Assembly (NCBI GenBank): GCA_040954595.2
Contig: CM082582.2
Location: 1,720,303 to 1,784,302 of the forward strand
Length of the DNA stretch: 64,000 nucleotides
DNA from: Balanoglossus misakiensis
Taxonomy: Eukaryota; Animalia; Hemichordata
Direction: 5' to 3'
Below the pieces are notes generated by a model. It was not told where the DNA came from. It ran no database searches and worked only from the letters and a program-made list of their open reading frames with translations. Every line of letters begins with the position of its first letter. Within the stretch, counting starts at the first letter, position 1. Positions 12,801 through 24,900 of the stretch are shown one piece after another. Position numbers and translations under genes: made by a program.

Positions 12801-13681
12801 AAACATGGGAACCATTGGTTTTGTTATTAAACTTCTTTACTTGATTTGGATATATAGCAGGCTTGGTATTTGCTGTCGGCTGGCTCCTTGGATTATTCTT
12901 GGCATTACTTGGCAGTTTCCACCACCCTCGGGCATCTAAGTATTTTGAGGCAGTAGATACCATCTCTTGGACATTCTCTGGCCGTCGCTCTCTAATGAAC
13001 ATTGCCATGTCTCTGGAACATACTCCAATAAACTGCTCTCGAAGTAACAGATCTGTAAGCCCATTGTACGTCTTTGGAGTACCAGCCAGTTCTACCCATC
13101 TGCCCAAATAGTCACCAATACGGTCCATAAACTTTTGAGCACTTTCATCATAATGTGGCATACACGAACGGAACTTGTCATGAAAACTCTCCTCACTTAA
13201 CTGGTAAGCACTCAATAACTCTGGTTTCAATTCATCATAATTATTTGCAGACGCTGCAGGCATTTGGTTGTATGTGGATACATCCTTACCTTGTAACAAT
13301 ATGCACTGAGATTCACCCCCAGTCATCTTTTTCCCACTTCTGAGCAGTGGCGTAGCGCTGAAAACGTTGAAGGTACGCATCCATATCATCAACATCCTCA
13401 CGAAAACCCTGTAGTCTCGGAGCATGCGCTTTGGCCAAATTATTTTCAGTAACCTGCTGTTCTGTATTTTCCCCTTTCAATTTTAATTCTTGTAAGTGAA
13501 TTTGCATTTTCAGTATCTCTCTCTCATGTTCCTCGCGCCACCTATTATCTTCTCTCTGCTCCTCTCTCTCAGTAGCCCTAAGATCCCTCTGTCTAATTTG
13601 TTCCTCTCTAACATAATCTTTTAAAGCAGTCCCTTCCAACCCAAATTTTCTCCCTATCTTAGATATTCTTTCTGCATATAT
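9857..13681 (-). pseudogene. gag-pol polyprotein pseudogene (coiled-coil/capsid with SCAN-like region, CCHC knuckle, aspartic protease, HHCC-DDE integrase, partial RT)
   Basis: Three overlapping ORFs (13313-13639, 10240-13425, 9648-10262) joined by frameshifts near 13320 and 10260. Motifs: CFVCGKGGHMAKDC; LRDSGC; AHESVLGGHHG...CQSCDSC; VDLVGP, TDQGTQF, GLVERFNGTLK; KVDLSKEYWQ, MPFGLVNS, YIDH (catalytic YIDD mutated), FLGH. The likely start codon at 13681 now reads ATA. Confidence 0.93.
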
Positions 13682-13958
13682 GCTTTGCTGTATCGCGATT
13701 TACAACCCCCAGTTTGACATCCCCTAGCAGTACAGGGCATTCAGCACAAGTCAACACAGCCAAACGCACGACGCAAACCAACACGGCCCATATTATATAG
13801 CAGGAAACCACAAGCGCACATACAGTAACAGTACCAGCCTACAGACCCAGCACCGTCTTCACAATTTGCAGAATCTCTACCTATCAAAACCATGGTCTCC
13901 ACTATATGGCAACAATTTATGATAGTATACAAACAAATGCACAACAAAACGATAAAAC

Positions 13959-13975
13959 TCCCGGATGAGCCCCCA
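13959..13975 (-). promoter_or_regulatory. Primer-binding site complementary to the tRNA-Pro 3' end
   Basis: Minus strand reads ...TGACA-TT-TGGGGGCTCATCCGGGA, 16/17 identical to the canonical PBS-Pro TGGGGGCTCGTCCGGGA, 2 nt from the LTR's CA end. Confidence 0.93.
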
Positions 13976-13977
13976 AA

Positions 13978-15274
13978 TGTCAGAGGTGGAGGGCACCCCT
14001 CTGATTCCAGGATAAATATTGAGCTGCTCTCAGTGCCAAGGAGTAAACATCCGTGGATAAGGTATGGGGAGAAACTACACAAACCAGTGCGGATACAATA
14101 ATACAGTTGATTTAATTTAAATCAATTAAATAATATAAAGATAATACTAGGAATATAATTTTTGTGCACAATATGCACAATATCAAATGTCTCTGTCCTA
14201 ACCAATTTAGCAGGTACAGGTATGCTGATACAATTGGTCATACAATACAATGGGTTACTTAATATATTACATAAATGAATATATTCACAATATCACTATA
14301 GTTTATTGTCTATTGCATATTGTCTAAACAATGGTAAGTGTCACTTAGCTGTATATAACATTCATAGTAAACAATCATGATTCAACCACAATATGGGATG
14401 GAGTCCTGTATAGATGAACGATGTAGCGACGATCCACATTACACATACAATCTGTGATACACCATGTTTTCTACCACTTGTAGTCCTCCAGTAGTCAAGT
14501 AAACACACTGAAGACTGACTTGTTAGATGCAAGTCTTGGGTTAAATGGCTGAATGAAAAATCAACAAACATTGACTGAAATGTCCACCTTAGCAACTGTT
14601 CACAAATGAATACTGACGTTTCTCAATAATAATTATCAGAAATTTGGACTAGTTAAAGCGCCATGATTACATGTGATATCATGGAAAATTATGCTTTAAC
14701 TATGACCGTCCTATTACTTACAAATTGTCGAATTTGACATAAATATCCATAAAATATAAATTTAAGTTATAGTAAATAAATAAACAAATACATTACTTAC
14801 ACGAGAATTCTTCACCACACTTCATGCTCAGCAATACCGGGTCTATAGGATGGTTCCACAGAACTCTGCTTGGAGCAATTTCCAGCCACACCACATACGA
14901 CCATGCCAGCCACGCCAATCGCCCGACCACACCGGTTTGCACTGAATAAGCACAATTCTGCTTTCTAGAAGTACTGAATTTACTTCCACTCGAATTGCAG
15001 AAACAGTGGTCCTGAGAGCACTAATGCGCGCTACAGCATTACATGGACACAGCAAGGTATGGTGCAATATTTCCCCTAGTATTTCTACTCACTGAGCAGG
15101 GAGACCCGACTTGTTGCTCCCTTCAAGACCTAAATTGAAGTGTGCTCTCTTACTACACGAAACTTAGCTAACGAAGCCCTATTCATTAACATGACAATAC
15201 ACGGTGTCACTACACCTGAAATTATGCGGGCACCTGGGTTTCCACTGACTCCAGTACTACCTAATTATATGACA
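13978..15274 (-). mobile_element. 5' LTR (~1.3 kb) of the Gmr1-like element
   Basis: The inner end is fixed by the PBS (TGTCA at 13978). The outer end is inferred from the inverted TGACA at 15270-15274, where sequence homologous to 4748-4774 begins. Confidence 0.7.
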
Positions 15275-15488
15275 AGTTGGGACCGACAGTCGAGACCCAT
15301 ACAGCATTACAATCAACAAATAGTAAAAAAAATAAAAAAATAAACAAAAAACAGGAAAACATTTTAAAAATACAAATAAAATTATGAAACTACTAAAAAA
15401 ACAAAACAAAAACAAAAACAACACAAAAACACAAAACAACAAGCGAGGTCAATAAAGATTAACGCTTACAAAGATAGAAAAAGTAAGA

Positions 15489-17396
15489 CTGTTGTGATTA
15501 TTGCTGGAATAGGCAATGTTTTAATCTACCTGCAAATACTGGTGTGACAAAGATTGTCGGCCAGTCAACATCACCAATGATATTAACAATATAAAAATAA
15601 ATAAAATTTCAACGATTCAACTTCTTTTCTAGCTTCCTATCTGGATAGTTTGTTTTATTTTACTCTAAAGATCACCTTTCTTCTAGGCCACGTGGCAAGA
15701 GACGTTTTCAAATTCTACTATCATCGATGCGAGAGTACTATAGTATTCTCATATACACGGACAAAGGCCACCAAAATAAGAGAATCAATTGGTCAAATGG
15801 TAGAGGGCGCAAAAACAGATATTTCAAATGACAAAATTTTCCGATAAACGTGTTTAATCAAATCAAACTGTGCTCAATGGTATTCTTGCAAAAATTGAAT
15901 ACACATGAAACAAAATACAGCAACTGCCATGAACAACAAGTTTATTCATGACAAAATTCAATTTTTTTAATCAGTGATTTCCATTATCAGCTGAAAACTA
16001 AAATTAGATTGTCATCTTGAACAGTATAAAATCAGCGAGCAATTAGACATTAAGTACCCAGCATACTAAAATAAAACCATGTAAACATGCACAATTAGAT
16101 AATCAAAGATTTTTATTTATTCACCATGATGTTTTTAATTTATGTCAAATCAAAGTACTTGAAGTTATGGAAGATCAATTAAAATAGAAAACTGTAATTT
16201 TAATGGCTCGGTAATGTATCCAATTTCTGCCCAATATATGAAATTTCCGAGTCAGCAACTGAAGAATTCGTGGGGAAAATATTTACGTGATGTGTAACAG
16301 AATTCACTTTGAAGTAAGGAGTTTTTGTAAAATCAACATGCATATTACAATTTATTTGTAAAAATTGATTGGCAATGGAAAATTGGCGTTTAAATATATA
16401 GTACTTCAAGATGAACAGATAAAATATAAGTTATTACAGATGTCATTTTACGACAACAAGGAATGTTCAATCGTTCTTTAATATCTTTAATGATGCCAGG
16501 TCAAAGGTCACCTTTGCAAATTCAACCACTGGTACCATAGCCATTTCAAATGTAGCCAAAAGTGCGCCACCACTTTCTTCAAACATACTGAAACCATCTA
16601 CAGGTTACTGTAGTCCTATATCTCTTGGCAACCATGGCAGTTTAGCTAGACATGAGCTGGCAAGGGGTGACCTGCAAGCTTTGAACTCTGGCTTCGGTAA
16701 TGTCGACTCTGGCTTTGGCATATACTTGCAGGTCCATATGACCTTGGGGTGAACATGGTCATGAAGAAATAAATAGAATCTGTTTGGTACATTGTCAACT
16801 TCATTTTAAACTTTCAAAAAAATAACAATATGGTGAGTAATGTTTTTGTTGTTTTCAAAGAGACTCACCATACACTTTAGTAAATCAAAGACTTGAAAAA
16901 GTTTTGAGGACTATCATTTGTCTGAATCTCGGACCGCGAGGCACATACTACCTTAAATAGTTTCACTCGCAGCTTCTTGTGGGCAGTTTCTCCTTGCGTA
17001 CCTGTACAGACACACCAGGAGACCGTTCCCGATGAACAACGACACCCACATGAAAACATTCAAGCGTCTGGTCACACCCATTTCCGTCAAACAAGAACAT
17101 GAATGAAACTGCGGAGGAAGAGAACGGGAGAGTGCCCATTAACCCTGTAATGGCCAATCATTTACTGGCACAAGGTTCAGGATGTACGATCACTGGAGTT
17201 GAAAATAAGGTCATGGATTTGAAAATCATTTTGAGTTATGAAATTGAAATACATATTTTTCATTGTGGATTCTCCGACATAAATATTATCAAAATCAATA
17301 AGGGTTGGCTTTTTAATTTATGACATATAACGCCATGAATCTAGCCCATTAATACAAAGGCAATACTTAAACACATTTCGGGGTAGCGTTATGACA
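15489..17396 (+). repeat. ~1.9-kb direct repeat, copy 2 (apparently complete; TGTTGTGA...TTATGACA ends)
   Basis: Homologous to 5082-6976 with scattered substitutions. Continues 14 bp past the copy-1 breakpoint to a TGACA end. Confidence 0.9.
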
Positions 17397-17458
17397 ACTT
17401 GAAGAAAGTATGAATACAAACTTTCTAAAGTAATATTTTAAAGGTTGGCGTATTGCTT

Positions 17459-17988
17459 AGCATAATCATTTTTCCGTTTGCTGTGACATTTGTCTCCCTG
17501 TGAGAGTTTAAGTAAATGTAGAGTCACGCAAATTAGGCAACATCAATATCCCATACGTAATTCAGTGTGTTTTGTTCGCATTTTTGGTTTTCATTTTGAA
17601 AATGAACAAAGGACTTTCCTATCATTGACCAACACTCGTATGAATACATCCAAATTACCCAACTTTAATTTTTCTTAAAGAATTGGTCAGCTCTGCGAAT
17701 ATATTTCACCTGACCACTTCCTTTGCTAAGGAAGAGTGTTGTATATGTAATAATATTTTTATAATATTTATAACTTATGTAGCACATTAAATCTCAACGT
17801 GCTTTAAGTTGTCCCATGGTCATTTGAGCTAGGATGTTGGACCTAAATATTCCATTCAACTCCCTGGGGAGCAAACAACATCTCACCATCATTAGAAATG
17901 CCAAATTACAGTGCTTTTGGCCACGTATTAACCTGGGGATTTACAGTTAACTTTAAATACACACGCATATGCATTTAATCCCCATGTG
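17459..17988 (+). repeat. Duplicate of the satellite-B left flank plus a ~100-bp partial satellite-B monomer
   Basis: CATTTTTCCGTTTGCTGTGACATTTGTCTCCCTGTGAGAG... matches the sequence from 21563, then runs into CAAATTACAGTGCTTTTGGCCACGTATTAACCTGGGGATTTACAG. Confidence 0.9.
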
Positions 17989-18330
17989 AGGGACAAAGTC
18001 TCTCTCTCGCTGCCATTTTTCCCATATTATATTTGATAAGAGACACCGTTTGTTATTCTACATGTGGATATATAGCGAATGAACGTTCAACCACACACAA
18101 CTTCCATCCCTCTTATAGACAGGAGAGTGAAAAACTCGCCAAATGAATAATCGTTCTTTACCATTTATTCATTTTGGGCGAGTTTTTACTCTCATATCGT
18201 ACAAACGAGACGGAAGTTGTGTGTGGTCGAATGTTGATTCACCATATATCCACATGTAGAATAACATCAATGGCGTCTTGTATCATACATAATTAATTGA
18301 AAAAAGGCAGCGATGAGAGACTTTGCCCCT
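17989..18330. mobile_element. ~340-bp fully palindromic (fold-back) MITE, Kolobok/T2-like terminus
   Basis: AGGGACAAAGTCTCTC ... GAGAGACTTTGCCCCT|TTAA. Inner arms pair throughout: TGTTATTCTACATGTGGATATAT/ATATATCCACATGTAGAATAACA, ACCACACACAACTTCC/GGAAGTTGTGTGTGGT, AAAAACTCGCC/GGCGAGTTTTT. The left TTAA is missing. Confidence 0.85.
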
Positions 18331-18399
18331 TTAAACAATTGGTCAGCTCTGCGAATATAGTTCACCTGACCACTTCCTTTGCTAAGTAAGAGTGTTGTT

Positions 18400-18758
18400 T
18401 ATGTAATAATATCAATATAATATTTATTACTTATATAGCACATTATGCAATAAATCTCAATGTGCTGCTTTGAAGTGTTTCCCATGGTAATTTGACCTAG
18501 GTCGTTGGACCTAAAATATTCCATTCCACTCAATGGGGAGCAAACAACAGCTCACATGTGCAGCTTTTATATCAGCAAAGCAGACCTATACATACACATT
18601 ACAATATCCGATCCACCAAATTACCCTTTTCTTATAGGCGGGGAGAGGCAAGGAGATGTAAATTGCCTTGCTAGAGGACACAACACCACAACCATGCCAG
18701 GGATCAAACTCTTGATTCTTTGATTATGGGTCTGATGCTCTAACCACTGGACTATGAC
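18400..18758 (-). mobile_element. Degenerate tRNA-derived SINE
   Basis: Minus strand: TAGTCCAGTGGTTAGAGC (A-box-like), GAGTTTGATCCC (decayed B box), TGTGTCCTCTAGCAAGGCAATTT (resembles the GTGTCCTTGRGCAAGRCACTT block of many metazoan SINEs) and an AT-rich tail. Confidence 0.75.
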
Positions 18759-19529
18759 ATTAATTTAAGGCCATCGCTTTCGTCAATTCCCCTGCGCTCC
18801 CCCTGGTAGTTTACGTCCAGTCCCTTACTTGTAATTGTCTTTGTTTGGCAACTGCAGGCCAAAAAGTTTTACTACCATGAATAAATCTACCCTAATCGAT
18901 TATTCATAAAAGTACAACGTTTTTTTTGGAACTACTGTCGACATTGTAAAAACCCCAGGTAGTAACTTGGGGGTGAAAAAAGGCAACTCTCAGTAGCTCC
19001 TGGGAACAGTTCAATTTCATGGTCATATCATTAAATGTGCTGGTCCAGTGAAAAAAAATGGGTCTCATGAACGTTCCCGAATTCATGACTCATCGCCAAG
19101 GTCCTTGGAATGAAGCACATTTTAAAACAGGCAACTGGTCTGGTCTTTTGCTTTGTCAACTTTCGACAAGCTTTAGCCGTGCATGCCCTGTAAGTCACAA
19201 TGCACATTAGACATCAACATTACTTTAGAACATGGTGAATTTCACACAGTGTGTAGGTTATATTATTGACTGCTACAATATTTTCAGTGTTTGGGTGTAA
19301 AATGAACCCAGGTAGCTGGCAGTTGAAACACTACTGAACAAACAGTTTCATGTCAATGTAATCCAGACATTATCACTGAAGAGGTGTGAACGAGCGAAGA
19401 CATTCAGGAGGCTCCTCTGTGCAAACACTGCCCTTGGCTACCAGCTGTGAAGTGATATGATAGAATTGTACCACATCAACTAGCAAGGCCCTGCACTGTA
19501 AGATGTTAAGTGTTATTTTTTGTGTGTTT

Positions 19530-20230
19530 TATTTGGTCCCATTTGTATAGGTATATACAGTGGGACCTTATGGATTTGGTTGCGTCTGTATGTATGTATG
19601 GACATATGGACGGATAGATGGATGTATGTCCGTACACATCAAAAACTTGAAAACCGTTGCGCCAATAACCTCGATATTTGGTGTGTAGATGCATGCTAGG
19701 CTGTAGATGGGAGTTTGTTCAAACGAAGTTGTCATTGCCAAAAATATATACAAATTAGCTGGGAAAACCTTAATTTGGTCAAAACTCAGAAACTCGACAA
19801 GTCCTGGTCATATTGATTTGAAAAAATGGTATGATAGTACCTTATATTAGCCTCACACATTTCTGTATGTTTTAAGCTAATAGTGTGAATTTTCTACTTG
19901 TTATGCATTTTTTTGTCTTTTTCCACATTTTTGGTAAAAAATCTACTTTTCTGGAATTGATCAGCCGACTTCTGTGAAATTTACTATGGAGCTTCATATA
20001 GGTGATCTGAGTTACATGATGGATACCAACGTAAAACCACATATTGCCACCAGTCAAATATGTTGAAAACAGTGTCATATTTGCTACCGAAACAGATCCT
20101 ACTGTATCCTTTAACACCCCATTAGGGAACATGTATTCAAAGCATAGTAAGTTTCCACAGGGGGAAAAATACATGCAGTAAATGTCACAGTGCATTGTTA
20201 ACAATGCATAAATTAGATAATTAAGTCAAA
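19530..20230 (+). mobile_element. Helentron-associated / DINE-1-like non-autonomous element (5' part; 3' boundary uncertain)
   Basis: T-rich flank, short inverted repeat GGTCCCA (19535)/TGGGACC (19561), then a (GTAT)/(GGAT) microsatellite. A perfect 18-bp palindrome TGCATTGTTAACAATGCA lies at 20191-20208. Confidence 0.6.
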
Positions 20231-20545
20231 GGCTGACATTTCTCACTGTGTGTGACCAGGGTATCATTTTAAACACAGACTGGACTTTGAGTATTGTGTC
20301 CAATGGAAAAAATACATCAGCATCTACGTCTGCAAAAAAGGTGTCAGAACTGACATATCTTATCATGTATGCCATCGAACTCAAATGATAAAATCTTCCT
20401 TTCATGTGACCTGTCTGGTTAAAGTTTACTGCCAACATTTCACCATGCTTTACCCACCCAAGACACAGTGTGTCAAATCCAATATTTGGTTCAATGAATG
20501 AACCATGAAAGTTTCCGAATTGGTACTACCCGAAAACGTCACATC

Positions 20546-21180
20546 AAGCTAAATTTGGAATTTGGATGGGGTGGGGAGGTAAAGCTTATCTAACATATAG
20601 TCGTTTAGATTTAACACTATGCCTGTGAGTTACATGTTAATATTTTCTGCATGTCTGTCGCGTACAACGCGTCGGTGCGCAAAAATGATCACAGGTACTA
20701 TTCAGAAGAATTCCGCTGATTCATGATGACTATGTGCATGGAAAAACCCTGATTATGATCTAACTGATAAACAATAGCATGATATTAATAAAATATACAC
20801 ATTAACCAATGAATGAACCATCATGAAGATTGTGCCCTAACACTTATTCAAGCTTTTATCACTATTATACCTTTGTCATTACTAAAGATATGAACAGCCC
20901 TGTACACCAAAGCTATCACCACATTTGTTAACCTTTATTACACCATTCATATGAAACCATTCACCATCATCAACCTCTATTATATTCATTGTTTTGCCCA
21001 TTATAATCTGTGTACCCTCAATTTTACCACAAACCATCACCACATCAGTTAGCTGTTTATTAAACACTTCCACATGTGTTGCCCATTATTATACCATTGA
21101 AATTTGTAAATCGATCATTATACCTATCATACAAGCAATTGCTGATTGCTGTTAACCCTTGTGTACCACAAGCCATTATC
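20546..21180 (+). repeat. Dispersed diverged repeat D, copy 1
   Basis: AAGCTAAATTTGGAATTTGGATGGGGTGGGGAGGT, TTTTCTGCATGTCTGTCGCGTACAA and CACATTAACCAATGAATGAACCA are shared in order with the sequence from 38710. Confidence 0.8.
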
Positions 21181-21562
21181 ATGAAATAGGCAACATGAAT
21201 TTCACATAACACAGTTTGTCAGCTCTGAAAATGAAGTTATCATGATCATTATCTATGCTAATTAAAAGTGTACGTGGCAAATTGACCTTAGCAGGCGCTG
21301 CCTTATTAAGCTCAAAGTCAGAGTATAAATAAATGTACAGGCGTGTAAATTAGACAACATCAATATAACGCAGATAACACAGTTTGTCAACTCTGAGAAT
21401 ATTGTTCTCAGGACCATTTCCTATGCTTAATTAAAGTGTTGTGTATGTGGTACAGTTTGGATTCCTTGTCAGATTTCCTATAACACAGGTCGTGAGCCCC
21501 GAAAAGTACCATAACACAATTCTCATGAACATTTTCCATGATCAATAAAAGTGTTGTGTGTA

Positions 21563-21982
21563 GCATAGTCATTTTTCCGTTTGCTGTGACATTTGTCTCC
21601 CTGTGAGAGTTTAAGTAAATGTGGAAACACGCAAATTAGGCAACACCAATATCCCGTACATAATTCAGTGTGTTTTGTTCGCATTTTTGGTTGCCATTTT
21701 GAAAATGAACAAAGGACTTTCCATTGACCAACACCCGTATGAATACGTCCAAATTACCCAACTTTAATATTCCTTAAATAATTGGTCAGCTCTGCAAATA
21801 TTTTTCACCTGACCACTTCCTTAGCTAGGTAAGAGTGTTGTTTATGTAATAATATTAATATAATATTTATAACTTATGTAGCACATTAAATCTCAACATG
21901 CTTTAAAGTTGTCCCATGGTCATTTGACCTAGGTCGTTGGACCTAAACATTCCATTCAACTCCCTGGGGAGTACAGCTCACC
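21563..21982 (+). repeat. Satellite-B left flank, including the 3' part of the SINE
   Basis: Homologous to 17459-17885, and from ATTGGTCAGCTCTGC onward to 18338-18556. Confidence 0.88.
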
Positions 21983-24900
21983 ATCAGTAGCAATGTCAAA
22001 TTACAGTGCTTTTGGCCACATATCAACCTGGGGATTTACAGACAACTTAAAATCCCCCTCAGCATGCATTTAATCCCCATGTCAAAGTGCAGAGCTTGCA
22101 TCACCATCTACCCCTTACAGTACTTATGGCCATGTATTAACCTAGGGATTTACAGTCAACATTAAATACCCATGCATATATTAACCTGGGAATTTACATT
22201 CAACATTAAATACCCATGCACATGCATTAAATACGTATGCCAAAGCGCAGAGCTTGGATCACCATCTACACTGATGCATCATTAGGCTTGCTACGCCATT
22301 TCCCCTAATGCAAAGAATCACATTCAATGTCACCATTGTATTAGCTATGTCAAATTTCAGTGCTTTTGGACTTGTATTAACCCAGGGATTTTCAGTCAAC
22401 TTTTAATCCCCATATGCATTTAATACCCATGTCAAAGTGAAGTGTTTGCATCACTATCTACCGGGATGCATCATCAAGCTTGCATCGCCATTTACCCTGA
22501 TGCAAAGAATCAGATTCAGTGTCACCATTTCATTAGCAATGTAAAATAAAATTGCTTTTTGCCAAGTATTAACCTGGGGATTTACAGACAACTTTAAATA
22601 CCCATGTATATACATTTAGTACCTGTATCAAAATGCTTAGCTTGCATCACCATCTACTCAGATGGATCATTAGGCTTGCTACGCCATTTCCCATAATGCA
22701 AAGAATCAGATTCAATGTCACCCTTACATTAGCAATTTTAAATTACAGTGCTTTTGGAGATGTATTAACCTGGGAATTTACATTCAACATTAAATACCCA
22801 AGCACATGCATTAAATACCTATGTCAAAATGCATAGCTTGCATCACCGTCTACTCCATTGCATCATTAAGCTTGCTTTGCCATTTGCCCTAATGCGGAGA
22901 ATTACATTCAATGTCAACATCGCATTAGCAATGTCAAATTACAGTGCTTTTGGACGCGTATTAATCCAGGGATTTGTAATCAACTTGAAATCCCCATATG
23001 CATTTAATGCCCATGTCAAAGTGAAGTGTTTGCATCACTATCTACCATGATGCATCATCAAGCTTGCATCGCCATTTACCCTGATGCAAAGAATCGGATT
23101 CAATGTCATCGTTGCATTAGCAATGTCAAATAAAATTGCTTTTGGCCACGTATTAACCTAGGGATTTACAATCAATTTTAAATCCCCATATGCATTATAT
23201 TCCAAGTCAATGTGAAGGGCTTGAAACACCATCTACCCTGATGCATCTTCAAGCTTGCTTCACCATTTACCCATATTCAATGTAACCTTTGCATTAGTAA
23301 TTTTAAATTACAGCGCTTTTAGCCATGTATTAACCTCGGGATTTAGAGTCAACTGTAAATATCAATGCGTATGCATTAAATACCCATGTCATAGTGCAGT
23401 GTTTCCATCACTGTTGACCCTAATACATCATCAAGCATGCTTCACAATATGCCCTGATGCAAAGAATCAGATTCAGTGTCACCATTTCATTAGCAATGTC
23501 AAATTATAGAGCTTATGGCCATGTATTAACCTGGGGATTTACAGACAACTTTAAATACCCATGTATATACATTTAGTACCTATGTCAAAATGCTTAGCTT
23601 GCATCACCATCTACTCAGATGGATCATTAGGCTTGCTACGCCATTTCCCATAATGCAAAGAATCAGATTCAATGTCACCCTTACATTAGCAATTTTAAAT
23701 TACAGTGCTTTTGGAGATGTATTAACCTGGGAATTTACATTGAACATTAAATACCCATGCACATGCATTAAATACGTATGCCAAAGCGCAGAGCTTGGAT
23801 CACCATCTACACTGATGCATCATTAGGCTTGCTACGCCATTTCCCCTAATGCAAAGAATCACATTCAATGTCACCATTGTATTAGCTATGTCAAATTTCA
23901 GTGCTTTTGGACTTGTATTAACCCAGGGATTTTCAGTCAACTTTTAATCCCCATATGCATTTAATACCCATGTCAAAGTGAAGTGTTTGCATCACTATCT
24001 ACCGGGATGCATCATCAAGCTTGCATCGCCATTTACCCTGATGCAAAGAATCAGATTCAGTGTCACCATTTCATTAGCAATGTAAAATAAAATTGCTTTT
24101 TGCCAAGTATTAACCTGGGGATTTACAGACAACTTTAAATACCCATGTATATACATTTAGTACCTATATCAAAATGCTTAGCTTGCATCACCATCTACTC
24201 AGATGGATCATTAGGCTTGCTACGCCATTTCCCATAATGCAAAGAATCAGATTCAATGTCACCCTTACATTAGCAATTTTAAATTACAGTGCTTTTGGAG
24301 ATGTATTAACCTGGGAATTTACATTCAACATTAAATACCCAAGCACATGCATTAAATACCTATGTCAAAATGCATAGCTTGCATCACCGTCTACTCCATT
24401 GCATCATTAAGCTTGCTTTGCCATTTGCCTTAATGCGGAGAATTACATTCAATGTCAACATCGCATTAGCAATGTCAAATTACAGTGCTTTTGGACGCGT
24501 ATTAATCCAGGGATTTGTAATCAACTTGAAATCCCCATATGCATTTAATGCCCATGTCAAAGTGAAGTGTTTGCATCACTATCTACCATGATGCATCATC
24601 AAGCTTGCATCGCCATTTACCCTGATGCAAAGAATCGGATTCAATGTCATCGTTGCATTAGCAATGTCAAATAAAATTGCTTTTGGCCACCTATTAACCT
24701 AGGGATTTACAATCAATTTTAAATCCCCATATGCATTATATTCCAAGTCAATGTGAAGGGCTTGAAACACCATCTACCCTGATGCATCTTCAAGCTTGCT
24801 TCACCATTTACCCATATTCAATGTAACCTTTGCATTAGTAATTTTAAATTACAGCGCTTTTAGCCATGTATTAACCTTGGGATTTAGAGTCAACTGTAAA

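Larger units (their letters stand above)
9857..15274 (-). mobile_element. Gmr1-like Ty3/Gypsy LTR retrotransposon, 3'-truncated (no RNase H, PPT or 3' LTR)
   Basis: On the minus strand: LTR, PBS, gag, PR, IN, RT. Integrase lies upstream of RT although the RT and IN motifs are Gypsy-type. Confidence 0.92.

Noticed and set aside
13313-13425. Programmed gag-pol frameshift
   Set aside because: The shift falls inside the capsid region. The element also has a second frameshift and a YIDH active site, so decay is the simpler explanation.
5082-17396. 1.9-kb repeats as the LTR pair of the Gmr1 element
   Set aside because: The PBS abuts a different TGTCA-starting sequence at 13978, and unrelated elements lie between the repeats and pol.
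18680-18758. Functional tRNA gene
   Set aside because: The B box is decayed, there is no good cloverleaf, and the sequence continues into a SINE body.
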